NCBI RefSeq assembly: GCF_009834535.1
Contig: NC_045696.1
Coordinates: forward strand, 24,058,001 to 24,122,000
DNA from: Camelus ferus
Lineage: Eukaryota
DNA: 64,000 bases
Reading direction: 5' to 3'
Every line of letters starts with the position of its first letter. Position 1 is the first letter of the stretch. Both the position numbers and the translations under genes were made by a program. Below are positions 12,311 to 25,889 of the stretch, in pieces. Below the pieces are notes generated by a model. That model was not told the origin of the DNA, made no database searches, and worked only from the letters and a program-made list of their open reading frames with translations.

Positions 12311-12879
12311 GAAGAAAGCTTTTAAGTCTAGTGCCATTTCATCAGTGTTCAGTTTTCACATAATTCTAACAGCTATAGGGTAGACATTGGAAGGCTTGTT
12401 CTAACAAAAAGTCTGTGTGTTCAAGGGGCCTGTAGTACATGGGATCAATGTTACAGGTGTCAAAGACCACAGGCCATCTACTGGAACTTTATTAAACAGA
12501 AATGATCAGTTTATAGACTTACTGAAATGACAAGACTTTAAGTCTTCTGGAATGTGGAAAAGGGCCCTATTTACAATTGAATATCTGAACAGACTAGTGT
12601 CTGAATAGACTAGTATCAGAGAGAGGTCTTCCTCAACTAGGCTGAAATGTCTCCTCTAGCCTAGCCTAGCCTGTCTAGGCTAAAAGGTGTCCTCCTCCTC
12701 TGATGATGATGATTAAGGAGTTGTTTTAAAAATATGCATTTCAACAATGTTCTTGGGGAGTTATTCTTGGCCTGTGTCTTCTCAGTACCTAAGAAAAGAA
12801 ACCACTAGAGGAGAAAAAAGAATCCAGGAAGAACAGTACTCATCAGCCACAAAGTTTCAGCACCTTACAATTTGAGGTG

Positions 12880-13075
12880 CACTTATACATCTTTTATCTC
12901 ACTGTTTCTCTTTGTTATTCACAACAATTGGTAAAACATATGGGGAAAATATTATTACCTACATTTAATAGGTAAGTGAACTGAGGTCCAGAGTAAGTGA
13001 CTGCCATAGTCAAGGTCTCAAAGCTACTTATTGGTGGAGGCAAGATTTGGGGTCAAGTCTCTGGATACTAAGAAT
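12880..13075 (-). mobile_element. MIR SINE
   Basis: Core tattattacctacatttaataggtaagtgaactgaggtccagag...caaggtctcaaagcta. Confidence 0.65.
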
Positions 13076-14629
13076 GGCACTGGTGATTTTACGTTTCTAC
13101 CATTTTTTTTATTTTTATTTTCCATTCTTAGCATTGCCTTGGTTCCATTTTCTTGTAGCATCAAATCTCCTGTGCAGAAGCTGGAAAACAATGAAGGCTC
13201 CCTGTCCTTGTGAGTGGACCAAATAAATAAACTTCAAGCAGTTTGAAGTATCCTCAAGAGTTGACAGCCTCCTCTTCATATTATTTTTGTAGATTCTTCA
13301 GGCTCCATTATTATTTTTGAAGCTTTCTTTCTAGAAATAAACAGACTCATATTTTCCCCATAGAGTAAACCTTCTGTTAGTAATTGGTGATCCAAAATAA
13401 CTTGAACTGTTTGTTATGTAACTGGTGTATATATATATATTTTATCAACAACCATTTGGAAAGTTTTAAGTATTTTGTGTTCAATTTGTTCATAGCATCC
13501 ATAATATATATATACTGAATGAATGGATAATCAGACATTAATACTGCTTGAATTTTGACCTCATTAAATTTTTGTATGAAAATCTATAATAATCAGATTA
13601 TGGTATTAAAATAAAATGCATAGAACAACAATCAGTTCTGGTTCAATTATTCCACAGCAAATTATCTTTAGTTAATTATTATGAATAAATGTATATGGTT
13701 CTTGCATTCTTAATATATGAGCTACAAATTCTGCGTTTAGTTTTCTATTGCTATTCCTTGTATAACATCCATTTTGTTCAGCTTGTGGTCTTATTTCCAA
13801 TGCTACCTATGTTTCCAATTTTTCTTTTCATTTTCTCTTAGACTATCTCACTATAAAAGTTTTCCTAATTTTTGAAAATGAAATTGTTCTGTATAAGTGC
13901 CCTTAGAAAAGATTGTACAATAGTCAAGTGCTGTAATTTTTAAAACCTAAAGAAATTGGTGTAAGATATAAATGAAGGTTACTTTGGATTTGTTCTCTCT
14001 AAAAGCCCCAGAAATTTAATTGCAAGATCGATTGTTTCCACTTATGGGCCACGTCTGCTTCTGGGGGCTATATTTGGTTCCAAAAATCTTATTGCAGAAG
14101 CTTCTGATTGAGATCACACTCTGTCTTTTCACACAGTGATTTCTCAGAACACTCCACTGACATAGGTGCTAATTTCTATCCTTCTTTATTTCCTACAAGT
14201 GGAAGTAGAGTGAGAACGTCTGACCAGCCTTTTTTCTTTCAAATTAACTTCTAGCACTTTGAACACTCTTGGAAAGGAAAGAAATTCATCCACCACGAAC
14301 AGGGAATTATGCAGGTTTACAAAGTTGAAGTTTCACTCTCCATTTTGTTAAGGGTTTTGTTAATGGCTAGTACAAGGGGAGATCTTACTGACACTGAGAA
14401 TATTTCTTAAGAAAGAGGAAGAATAGACGATATTAAACTTATTGGAGTTGTTGCATTTCAGAACAACAAAAGGGGAATTTTGAGAAGAGTGGAATTAAGC
14501 TACACACAATATGAGTGTTATAGACAATGCATGGGAGTTCCCTGGTGAGTTTGAGGCAGCAGCAAGCCTGCCTTACCAAAAGATGGTATTCGGAGGGATG
14601 TTGATAACCTCAAAGTGACTGTGTCTTAA

Positions 14630-15365
14630 CTCTATTTGTCTTCACCACAGCATACAGATAGGTGGGGTTCACTGTCCTCTATCTCCCAGGAGTGCTCTGA
14701 GGGCCTTGCAGAAAATAGGTGTTTAATTAAAGGTTTGCTGCATGAATGAATACATGGGCCCAGGTTGATTCAGAAAGAAAATTTACATTCATATGACATG
14801 GTATCTCCAGAAGCTCTTAATTTCAACTCCCATCCCCTGGAGACCTTGAGAAGGAAGCCTGGGATGATCTTTCTAAAATGCACATCTGCTCCTGACATTC
14901 TTCTGACTAATCACTTTCAGTGGCTCCCATGTACCTATAGGAATCAATCCACATTTCATAGCTTGGCAGGGAAAGCACCCACTCCTGCCTCAGACTCTGG
15001 TTTCATCTCTTCCTCCCACTCCTCTACTCATTCCCCCATCTCCCAGTAAATGAGATATATCACCCTGCGTTCTCTATGCCATTCTCAGCATTTATATTCT
15101 TCAAGTCCCTAGTTAATCTGTCTCGGTATCAGTTAAAACTCACCTTCTCTGAGCAGCTCTCCCTGCAACCCCACTTCCTGTGGCCTGGTTGGCTGGGTGT
15201 CTTGTTCAGGCTCTCAATACCTTTGGTCACACAGGTAAGTGGGGTTTGCTGTCTGTCTCCTGGGGCTGCTCTCTGAAGAACCTGGGTCTTTTTCACCTTT
15301 AAATCCAAGGCACTCGGCATCAACGTGCCAGGTACACAGTAGGCACTCAAACATGTTGGGGAGAA
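14630..15365 (+). mobile_element. L2 fragments (two 3' ends)
   Basis: gatgatctttctaaaatgcacatctg...ctttcagtggctccca... and terminal gtgccaggtacacagtaggcactcaaacatgttg; a further L2-type end near 14750 (tgcatgaatgaat). Confidence 0.65.
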
Positions 15366-18300
15366 AAGTAGAGGAAGAAAAAGAAAGAATGGTGGGAAGG
15401 AAGGAGAAGAGAAGGAAGAAGTAAGAGGGAAAAAAGTTACTATTGATTCAGACCATTTTTCTAGGCTTTGCGAGCCAGAAATGAGCTCGAAAAAGAAAAC
15501 AATGCTCAACATTAAAAAAAAATCTACTAAACATGGAGTGTATATTTTAAAGAATCAGCTTTCATATTTTGTAACTTGTTCATAAGGCTTAATAGCAATA
15601 ATTGTGAATCAATTCCTCTTGAGTGATTACATGATTTAAAAAACAAAAGCAGTAATTTTCTTATTAAAGCTTGCACGTTGAAATCAAAGAAAGCATAATT
15701 ATTTCCAAGTTTCTTTGACTTCAACATGGAGATGAAAACCCACTTCAGAAATAACAAAATTCTCACTCTATCCTATTTTGTTTAAATGCCAAGTCAAAGG
15801 TTCATTATTTTATAGTTTTTGATGTGTTTTGGGGTCATGAGATAAGTCTATTTTACTTCCTCTTTACCACGGGCTGGAGGCTTTTAACTATTTATGGATT
15901 TTCCTGATCTGCGAGCCCGGCTAATCTCACCGCTCCAAGGAGTGCGGAATTGTAACAGAAGCAGGGCTTTCTTTAAACATGGTTGCCTTGAAAGAGAACT
16001 TAAGATGTGCTTGAATATTTTTAAAATATGCAAATATGAGATCATTTGGAGAAAAATATACGTAAGTAGCCATGTTAATTATAAAATCTAACACTGTAAT
16101 ATAAATTCCTAAGTTTAAAAAAAAAAAGAGGTCAGTGCTGGGGATGCGGAGAAGGGACGTGCAAAACACAGGAAACCACCAAAGACTGTCAATAGATGAT
16201 TCCCTTCACCTTTCACACGCACCCCTAGCCCTTTCCAAACTGCCTGGATTATCAGGGACCTCAACAAAACAAACAAACCAACCCACTGTACCGGGAAGAG
16301 AAGACTGGTGTTTGACTCTAAATGTGCAAGTAAGAATAAAACTTTGTTCATTGACCGTTCACATAGGATAGTCTCGCTTTAATCGTAACCATGTCCTTCA
16401 CCCCTCTGCAACCTTTCTACTTCTAAACATTGAGCCTCACAGCAGGGAAATCCGCCTATCTCTCAGATCAAGAAACCCGATCCAAGGCCATTCAGTACGG
16501 AACAGTGAGTCTGAAGCAAAACAGAGAACCCAGGCTCTGGATTCCCAGTTGGTCAGACCACTAGACCACATTGCACCATTAGAGCAAAGGCAAACATCAG
16601 GGTTGTTCCAGGACAGTCTCTGTGTGTTTACCGATGTGTTTGCAGCCTTTCCGAAGCCCTGTTGTCCTATTTCTTTTTCCTGTTTGCAACTTGTGAACAT
16701 TTCTGTCTTCCTTTCCCCTTACCTAACCTATTTCTATGATCACTTTTACCCTTTCATTTGAAATAGATTCTAGGAGCAACTGAAGGATAAAATGCAATAA
16801 AATGACAGGTTCTAGGCTGTCTGGAAACACACTTATGTCAGGGTATTGGTGCATTTCTGACTGTAGATAATATCAAGGAAGTGCAACAGCGCCCAAGGAT
16901 ATTTTACAAAAAATAAAAGGTGCTTTGAGCATAAGGCGACTTCAGACTCTCCCCACGAGTTTTGAGTCAGAGGACCTTAAGGCAGTGAGGAAGTGATGGA
17001 AATTAAACAATCAGTTGATTAGGCTCCTTTCAACTGGAATGCAAGGGTAAATTTGCCCAAACTTATGTTGTGAATAAAACCTTACATTCTCAAAGTGTCA
17101 ATTTAAATACACGGGGTGCGTCAAGAATCACGTAAGATAGATTGACAGTCAATGTGCAGCATAAAACACATGAGACAAAACTGAAGGGCCTAGAAATGCA
17201 GTAGGAAAAACAAACTTAACCCATCATGATCGCCAGTACTTGAGGGAAAGCAGGCTGCTCATCTAGAGGAGGTCAAGAAGGTAGACCAACTGCTGTTGAA
17301 CTTTGAAAGTGAACCCTAAGCACCAGAAAGAGCGTAAGGTTAGAGACACTGGTTTGATTTTTAGCCAATTTCATTTAACTTTATTCCTCGATATAGGAAT
17401 TACAGGTTTGTCCTAACTCTATAATTAAAAGTCATGGTCAGGGCAATATTTGGCTACAAAATGTAATGAATATTCAATATTTTTATCAGAAATCAAGAAT
17501 ATATACTTAGAGAGGCAAAATCGTTTTTCCTAGCCTGTAAACTTTATGGCTTTCTTCTAAGTCTCTTTTTGTTTCTGTAGCCTGTTTCTCTTAGTTTCAG
17601 AATCTGTGTCTTCAGAGTTGAACCAGAACATCCACCTGGTCGCCAGGCCAAACTGGCCCTGCAGCCAACAGAGCCAACCCTTGGGTCTTTGCTCTTGTGA
17701 GCCTGAGATCAGGCCACTGACAGCAGACAGCTGCAGTGACCTCCTGTGAGGAACCTGGCTGTGAGCCCTGACCCCTGGGTGGGGCTGGAGCTTTGCAGTC
17801 ATGCCCATTGCCTAATCCCTCTGACTCCGGTGGAACCTAAAAGCTGCAAGGATGGGCCGACTCTTCCCTCAAGAAGGGTGTGGAGGGAAGAAGAGAGAAG
17901 GTGGCCAAATCACCCTGGGCCGACAGAGGTTCCTCCAAGTCTCCCCTCCTGGGAAAGTCAAGACCCTTCAGCTCTCACAGATTCAGTAAGACGACAGAAT
18001 CTCTGGAATTGGGAACTGACAGCCAGCTTGCTAGTTCATCTAAGAGAAAAGAATGTAACTGGGCACTAAACCAGGCTGGATAGAAGACACAAGGGGCTCT
18101 CTCAGGAGCCCTAGGAATGGAAAGAATGACATGCCCCTGTTCACAAGGGACTTGGGGAAACCAGGGCTTCCTGTGATACCGCCTGGCTTTCACCAAACGG
18201 CCAAACTTAACCTGATTGTGGTAGGTCATTGTCTCAAGGGGTTTGGGAGAGAAAGGGGAGGAGTCTGATGGCTTACTTAGTCCATGAGAGGTTTTGTTTG

Positions 18301-18994
18301 TTCGTTTTCCCTGATTGTCCCCTAGACTATTTTCCAGATATTTGGCTCCTAGGTATCTTCTCCTAGAGAGAAATCCCAACAATGGAACATAAAAGAAATT
18401 ACATAAAACCTTGTGAATATTAACTTTCATAGAATATTCTTTTGTGTCCTGGTGTCCTCAGTGCCTGGAAGCCAGGTAACTACACAATAGGTAACCTACA
18501 CAATCGTGAGCATGACTTCCCTCAACCAAATGATCCATGTGGCCTTCCAGAATGAACACATCTGGAAAAACCAGTTAGTAAAAGCACTGGGTTTTCAGCA
18601 GGCATGAAGAAAAACAGAGGGGCAGCACTGTTTCCCTCACATCATCCCCTGATGGCTTCCAACAGTCCTTGATCAAATTCTCTGATGTAGGTACCCAGCC
18701 AAATTCTTTGATTTCTCATATTGCCTGGAGGAAGCTAGTACTACACCAAACAAAAGAGGAAGAAAATTCACCCATTCATCCTCCTGAATCGAAAGGCGAG
18801 GGGAGGAGGAACCCTTTACAAGTTAGTGACCCCCCTCCCCTTCTCCCTCCTCCTCCTCCCTCTGGCTTGTTTTGGTGGGGAGGGCTGCATCCTAGCTCTG
18901 TTTCCAAATAAAAGCTTGAATGGGAGGATCTGGTACTTCCTCATTTCCTTCATAGAATCAAATGGCATGACGCTTCCCTTAGAGACTGATTAAC

Positions 18995-19190
18995 TGCTTG
19001 ATTGACTGATTCATGTATTCATTCAGGCATTTAGTGGGCATTTGTTTAGGGCCTGCTTTGCAATAGGCCCCATGCAAAGTCCGAGAATGCAAAGACAAAA
19101 GGATATGAGTATTTGCCCTGGAGAAGCTCATGGTCCAGTAATAGAGACAGACATGAAAACAAATGTTTTGGGTATGAATCATGGCTCACA
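18995..19190 (-). mobile_element. L2 3' terminus
   Basis: attcatgtattcattcaggcatttagtgggca...tgccctggagaagctcatggtccagt. Confidence 0.7.
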
Positions 19191-20215
19191 AACTGAAATG
19201 TGAGTACAGTAAAGGTTATTTGTCTTTATTTTCTTTAAAGGAGATTAAATGCTACTCTAAGCTCTCATCCTGCAGGGCATCTGGGAAGTTTAATCTTAGT
19301 CATGACTGAGGGTCCCTTCCTGCTTTGCCTCTGTGCCACCCAGAAGTCGTGTGGTTTTCCATAGCCCCAAGCATGTGAAGAGAACCCCCGCAATCTTGAG
19401 CTCACCTAGGCTATTCCTGGATGCCTGTGGTCCAAGCCTGGCTGGTTACTTGAGATCTGGAAACCCCACTATATTCACGACACACATGGGCCACTGAATC
19501 CTTAAGGACATGGGATCCTGCTGCCTAAAACCAGCTCCCTAGATAAATGGGTACCCCTCCACCCCACCCTGTGGTCTTACCACCATGCAGGGTTCCACCA
19601 AGAGCAGAGCCTGCATGGTGGGTTCTGCTGGGTTCTGCCAACTCCACTCTCTCCCTCACCTGGGAGGATGATGTCCTCGCTCTCCCTCCTCTGTATTTTC
19701 TGTGCCCCCAACACAGCAGAATCTGCTCCAGGAGATAACTACCAAAGGAATGAATACGGATGAATATCTCAGGAATTCTTCTGCCCCCAGACACTAACAG
19801 CAATTGTCTCCTTGACGGTTGTGACTGGGTGACTCACAAGCCTCACCCCAGTCCCAGCTGAGTGCCAGAGGATGTGCTCAGATAAGTGTTGTAGGAAGGA
19901 TACAGCTACCCATGGGGATTTGGGGACTCAAAGAGGTTGATTTTTCTTCTGGATCAGGAGATGTAGGGAGATGTTCGTAGTGTGCGTAGGCCACGGGAGA
20001 TGGACATCTGGGGTCAAGAGGACAGAATGTATGAAACAGAGAGGGGTGACAGAGCCTATGTGTTCCAGGGAATGTGAAAGTGTGAAAATCCTCCTATGGT
20101 TAGTGCAGGGGGGTGGGGAGGGCACTGATGACAAGTGATGAGACTAGAAAAGACGTTAGAGCTCAATTCTGAAGGGACTTAGAGTAAATCTGGGGGGTTT
20201 CCAAGGTGAATTTCT

Positions 20216-20316
20216 TTCTTTCTTTTTTTTTTAAATTGAAGTATAATCAGTTACAATGTGTCAATTTCTGGTGTACAGCACAATGTCCCAGTCATGCATA
20301 TACATACATATATTCG
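20216..20316 (-). mobile_element. Short 5'-truncated L1 3' end (cetartiodactyl-type)
   Basis: Poly-T followed by aaattgaagtataatcagttacaatgtgtcaatttctggtgtacagc; 16-bp TSD with 3 mismatches (tccaaggtgaatttct 20200-20215 / tccaaagtgcatctct 20317-20332). Confidence 0.85.
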
Positions 20317-20364
20317 TCCAAAGTGCATCTCTAAGGTAAACAGTTGAAGGTCATTGCCTACACT

Positions 20365-20600
20365 GTAGTACTGAGGGAAGTCATGGACTTTGGAGTCTGT
20401 TGGATGTAGCTTGAAATCCCAGCTCCATCGTTTTCCTGCCATGTGACCCTTGCTGTACCTCAATCTCTATTACCTGTAAAATGGGCATAGATAATCGTAG
20501 CATCTTTAGAGGATTTTTGCAAGAACTGAATAAGGCAACATACGGAAGCATCTGCCCAGGCCTGGGCACATAAGTAGTATTAAAAAAGTGTTGGCCAGTA
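20365..20600 (+). mobile_element. MIR SINE, near full length
   Basis: catggactttggagtc...ttgaaatcccagctcca...tgtgaccctt...cctgtaaaatggg...cctgggcacataagtag. Confidence 0.85.
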
Positions 20601-20956
20601 ACAGTACACTTATAAAATTATTTTCACGTCACTATACTCACAGGACCCGGAGAGGTAGGCCCAGCAGTACTGCTGTCCTAGGATGCAGCTCGTAGAGACA
20701 CCTGGAGATCAAAATTTGAAGTGCTCACCTGACTAAGCATGCTGGCAGACGTGACATGATGTGACATCGTGGATCATAATGATCCCAAAGGTCAAAAGTG
20801 ATGAACATCAGGACCAGCACATGGGGCAGGGCTTTGAGGATTTCAACAAGATCAAGGCAGCGTCTGGCACCCAGACGCCACCCAAGTCATTTTGTTTTGA
20901 GGTTTCCGAGAGAACATAATAAAAATTAAAATGAGCCATCAGAAGAGAGAAAGTGG

Positions 20957-21370
20957 TGTATTAGCTGCCAAGTTCTGCTGGAACAGAGCACCACAAACCA
21001 GGTGGTTTAAAATAAGAGAAGCTTATTGTCTCACAGTTCAGGAAGCTGGAAGTCCAAAATTAAGCAGTCAAGAGGGCCACGTGTCCTCTGAAACTCTAGG
21101 TAGAATCCTTCCTTGTCCCTCTCTAGCTTCCGGTAGGAGCCTCTGTGGCCACGTGATGCTCTCCCTGTGTGTCTGCCTCCTCCAGTTGTCTCTTCCTCTT
21201 ATAAGGACTCCAGACACTTTGGATTAAGGGCCTGCCTACCCCAATATGACCTCACCTTAATTTACATCTTATTCATGTCTGCAAAAACTATTTCCAAATA
21301 AGGTCACAGTCACAGATACCAGGGGTTAGAACCTGAACATGTCTTTTTGGAAAACACAACTCAGCCTGCA
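20957..21370 (-). mobile_element. ERVL-MaLR solo LTR (MLT1B/C-like)
   Basis: TG...CA termini with a perfect 5-bp TSD AGTGG (20952-20956 / 21371-21375); contains tctcacagttcaggaagctggaagtccaa and ctatttccaaataaggtcac. Confidence 0.9.
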
Positions 21371-22349
21371 AGTGGTCTTATGGAAAAGGCACTGGGCTTG
21401 GAGCAGTGGCTGCGGTAAAGTTACCTCTCAGGAGTCAGATACGTTATTTGCAAAATCAGAAGTCACTGGAAAATGCTATGATTACCCAAGCCTGTCTGGA
21501 TTCTCAAAATGAGATGCATCTAGAGGTGAAAACTGAAGCAACTCATTGAAACCGTGTGTTCAAATCAAAACTGCAGTTTGAGGAACTAGGGATTACATAA
21601 CTAATAACCTAAGACTTCACTGACCCTGGCTGCATTAGGAAGCAGGGCTTATGAAAAAATGCCCTCTGCTCGAACAATTTCTTCAGTCGGGCAGAGGATA
21701 GATTTTCTTGTGTAACTGGCGTTTTCCACACCTCCCTTAAAATGTGCTTTGATAAAAATATTTGAAAGAAACAACATGAAGTGTAAGGAAGCGGCAAGCT
21801 CCGTTAACTCTCTAAATCTGATCATCCTACGCAATGATTTGAGTTTTGAGCACTAAACGAAACTCTTATTAAACCCCACTCCTCCCTTAATGGCAAAATG
21901 AAGATCACCACTGAAGACCTTGGAGTCACTGTCTGCGTCTGTGCTCTCATCCCTGTATCTCTGACCCCTGGTTGCAGTAATACGTATTTTGTGGTTCTGT
22001 CTATAACATAACTGGTGCAGGGGCGTGCTGACACTTTGATTCCATCTTCAGAATACGTCACTTTGTACGGAAGTCTTGCCTGTTGATGTCCAGCCGGCTA
22101 TTCTCATACCATATTCTCTCACCTTTACATGGTTTTTGATTTGACTGCATGTATGAATGAGGGGCACCTGCTACAGTCCCATCTTGGGGTGGCCCAAGGC
22201 AACCCAAATGTTGGCACTTACTCTGTATCCCTGAGAAGGATACGAAAGTTTGGTAGGATCTTAAAAGGTGCTTCAAACGGGAAAAGCGCTCTATTAGAGG
22301 AGAGACTTCGTGGCTGAAGAACATGGAGCACGTTTGGAGGAAACTGATT

Positions 22350-22830
22350 TATTTCATTAATAATCGAGTCCCAGATGAGCCTGAAAAAGGCATGCTGGGC
22401 CCTTATTATGGGAGGGTTTTGCCTCCAAGGCTGAGAATTTTGGAATTTGTTCTGTAGGCAGCAAGGAGCCACTGAAGGTTTGGGGGAAGGTGGTTAACAC
22501 AGGAGTATATTTGGGGAACTTATCCCTTTAACAACGCAGAAGATGGGCAGTAAGGGAGAACCTGCATTTGCAGAGACCATCTGCGAAGCTGTTACAAAAG
22601 TCAGAGCAAGGGATAACACCAGCCCGCACCAATGCAGTGATGTCGGGAGAGACAGTGCAGACCCACTGGCATGAAAATGTGATTTCTAGTCCTAGCAAAC
22701 TGAAGAATGATGTGACCCTACGAATATGTGAGAAGGATTGTGTTCTATTTTGGATGTGTTGAATTTGAGGTGACTTCAGGACAGCCCAGGGAAGATGTTC
22801 CCCGGGAAGCGTGAGGTCACTATCTCAGCT
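22350..22830 (-). mobile_element. L2 internal fragment
   Basis: ttttggaatttgttctgtaggcagcaaggagccactgaaggtt...ttttggatgtgttgaatttgaggtg. Confidence 0.6.
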
Positions 22831-24565
22831 CTGGCATGTTTATAAAGAAGGCTCCCAAGGGCACAGACTGCAGTTCGGTGTCCTTTGCTGAATTCGGATG
22901 ACCTGCGCTCTGTTTACTGAACACAGAGCGGTTACTCGGTAAATCCCACTGAAGACCTTTACTCAGCAGCTTTGATCAAACACTCAGCAAAGTCATTAGC
23001 ACCCCTACCTATCTATTCGGCCATAATGCAAGAGACTTGCAGTTCTAATATTTTTAATGCCGCAACTCTTAACCAAGGCATCCTTCTCAAATCAGCTTTT
23101 TACTGAGGAGTGAAAAGTGATGCCAGAGTGGCCTGAAGTCACGTGTTCCATATATCTACGAAATGGGAGCAGATTTCCGGAGCCTGAACTCCCAGATGCC
23201 TACTTTCATCAGGCTACTTTTTTTTTTTCTTTGCTAGTTGATGCACTAACATTATACCTTACAGAATTTTCAAGGACCCCGTCTGAGAAGAATGACCAGA
23301 AAAAGTTTTTTTAAACCCATAAAATGGGGGTGGGGGGAGAGAAGGATTGGTTAGATGCCAAAAGCAATCATGTGTTTTAGATATGCCCTTGGTTGGTATG
23401 CTCATAAAAATAATTTACAGGGGAAAGTTGACATGGAGCCACTTTCTGTCCTTAACAGCAGTGCCATCTGATTTCAGTTGAGAGAGACAAAAATATGAAT
23501 AGGGCAGAGGTAAAGAAACAACATGATATGCTGACATGTGGATACGCAGTGCCTCAACCAGTTATCTTGCCCGATTTAGGCAAAAAAGAAAGCTCATTTG
23601 CTTTTCTGTCGACTCAGGCAGGAGGGAATCGGGGAAGACATTCTGCACTGGAAGCCAGGACCCCTGGGTTCTAGTTTTGACTGTGCCCCTAAAGAGAAGT
23701 TCTGCTACTAACCTTGGGTAAATCACTTCACCCTCTGCCTGGTGGCAGTTTCGGCTGTAATTTTCTCTCCTTCACACATCACCTTCTCTATTGATTCTCT
23801 ACCCCTGCAGCCTTCTTTAAGCAATCACACGTGAGCCAGATAAAATACCTATATATTTTTGGATGCTGTGTATTTCCTACTGAGAGAGGCTCCTCTTCTT
23901 GTGGCTAATAATGAAAATTACAAGTGTAGAGCCTGGCTCACTTGTGTCAAGATGATATGAGGGACCTGAAGGTCACTTTCAGCATGCTTCACCGTGCCTC
24001 CCAGGCACTGCTGATAAGAAAAAGAGAAAAGGACAAAGACAAAATTAACCTTTAATTTCCCATCCAAGCTACACACTGACAGAAACAGAGAGGTGGGTAG
24101 AATCTCTTCTAACACACAATGGAGAATTATATATTAAATATCTTATCTGCTTTAACTTATCAGAGATAACCAAGCATGCAACTATTTAAATCTACGTTTA
24201 TACGTAAGGTCCCCAGCTCTGAGTGCTAATGAATTTTAGTGACACATTTTCATATATAGCATCAGCCCCCAAATCGTTCAGTTTCTAAATTAGATGAATA
24301 AATAAGCAAATCAGATACATTAACTTTCTCTTTGGAATAGTTTTCTTTCCAAGCAATCGCTAAAGTTATTTACATGCTGATATAAGACATTACTTAACAT
24401 AACGAGTAACAAGTTTCTCACCCTCCAAGGTATTAGACACCAACCCTTCTTCAGTAATTTATTTTTGCAATTCTTGAGCATCATCAGAAATATCAGTAAA
24501 GAATTGATTTTTTTTTTTTTTGTATCTGATTTATTTCACGAAACTGGATAATTACGGCTGGTCAA

Positions 24566-24852
24566 AATAGACTCACGGACATAGAAAACAAACAAACTGT
24601 GGTTACCAGTGGGAAGGAGAGTTGGAGGGATAAAGAGTTTGGGATTAATAGATATACATTAGTATATATAAATAGGTAAACAACAAGAACCTACTGTATA
24701 GCACAGGGAACTATATTCAATTTCTTGAAATGAGCTGTAATAGAAAAGAATCTGAAAAAATATATATGTATAACTGAATCACTTTGCTGTACATCTGAAA
24801 CTAGCATTATAAATTGACTACACTTCAATAAAAAATAAGAATTCTATAAAAA
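24566..24852 (+). mobile_element. 5'-truncated L1 3' UTR with A-tail
   Basis: agactcacggacatagaaaac...ctactgtatagcacagggaactatattcaa...aataaa; 16-bp TSD aattacggctggtcaa (24550-24565) / aattatggctggtcaa (24853-24868), differing by one CpG transition. Confidence 0.92.
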
Positions 24853-25031
24853 AATTATGGCTGGTCAAGCTTTAGCTACACAAGCCACCTAATATAATAT
24901 GTGGATAATCTATATTAACTATGGACAATGAATTAATTTTACCAAACACCCCATCCATAAATGAATAATGAAGCTTAAAGTCAAATGACTAGCATTTTCA
25001 AACAATAGATTTCAAACCAATTTCTGAGTGT

Positions 25032-25124
25032 AGTTTCTTCTCATATAAACTTTTCATCTTTGTGTAGCATGTCCTAATACTAGCGAAAGTTTTTCTCATA
25101 TAAACTTTTTATCTCTGTGTAGCA
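25032..25124. repeat. Local direct duplication, period about 56 bp
   Basis: agtttcttctcatataaacttttcatctttgtgtagca (25032-25069) vs agtttttctcatataaactttttatctctgtgtagca (25088-25124). Confidence 0.9.
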
Positions 25125-25745
25125 ATTCCAATCATTTTATTCTTGTAAGCAAGGCACACCCTTGGTGCCAAAAGAGTTCAATTCAGCACTAAAATTGAAA
25201 TGTATATACGAATTCATTATGACTATGTTGTTTTCACAAATTCATTTATTTTACAGAAGGACAAGTGATCCTGCTGCATTTAAGTGTAATCTGATTTCTG
25301 AAACAGTGATTGATTACTCGGAAGCCTATCTATTGTATAAAACATGTTTTACCTCTGCTATAACTTTTTCAACACAGGATTCCTACTTAATAGTAATGCA
25401 CATCATTCGGGAAAAATGTGCAATACTGGCGTTAGCTTTGATAAGGTTGGAAGCTGACAAGCAAGTAAGCATCCCCCCAAGATGACAATACTTTAAAGCT
25501 ACATAATAATTCTCCTTTACCCTAAATCAGCACAGTTCAGAAACTCACAGTGAAGCAGAAACTCCAAAGGGAAATAATAACCTTGAACTCCATAGCACGT
25601 ATAGTATATACAGCACATGTAATTTGAATATCCAGAGCTTCAGTCTCCTAATTTCTCCTTTGCATAAGGAACATTAAGCATCCTTTAGAAGCCCTATGCT
25701 TAGTCTTAAGCAGTAGAAATGGAAGTGATATTAAAAATGAATAGA

Positions 25746-25889
25746 GGGGGAAGGGTATAGCTCAAGTGGTAGACTGCCTGCTTAGCATGCACAGGGTCCT
25801 GGGTTCAATCTCCAGAACCTCTGTTAAAAATAAATGAATCAATAAACCTAATTATCTCCCCCCCAAAAAAATTATTTTAAAAATTAAAA
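25746..25889 (+). mobile_element. tRNA-Ala-derived SINE (camelid Vic-1 type), full length
   Basis: GGGGGAAGGGTATAGCTCAAGTGGTAG start, cttagcatg anticodon loop, gggttcaatc B box, A-rich tail, and a perfect 13-bp TSD aaaaatgaataga (25733-25745 / 25890-25902) at a TT/AAAA L1 endonuclease site. Confidence 0.92.

Noticed and set aside
17975..18430. Longest ORF in the track (151 aa, minus strand)
   Set aside because: No recognisable domain or exon structure, and it overlaps opposite-strand ORFs in a GC-richer patch; consistent with chance.
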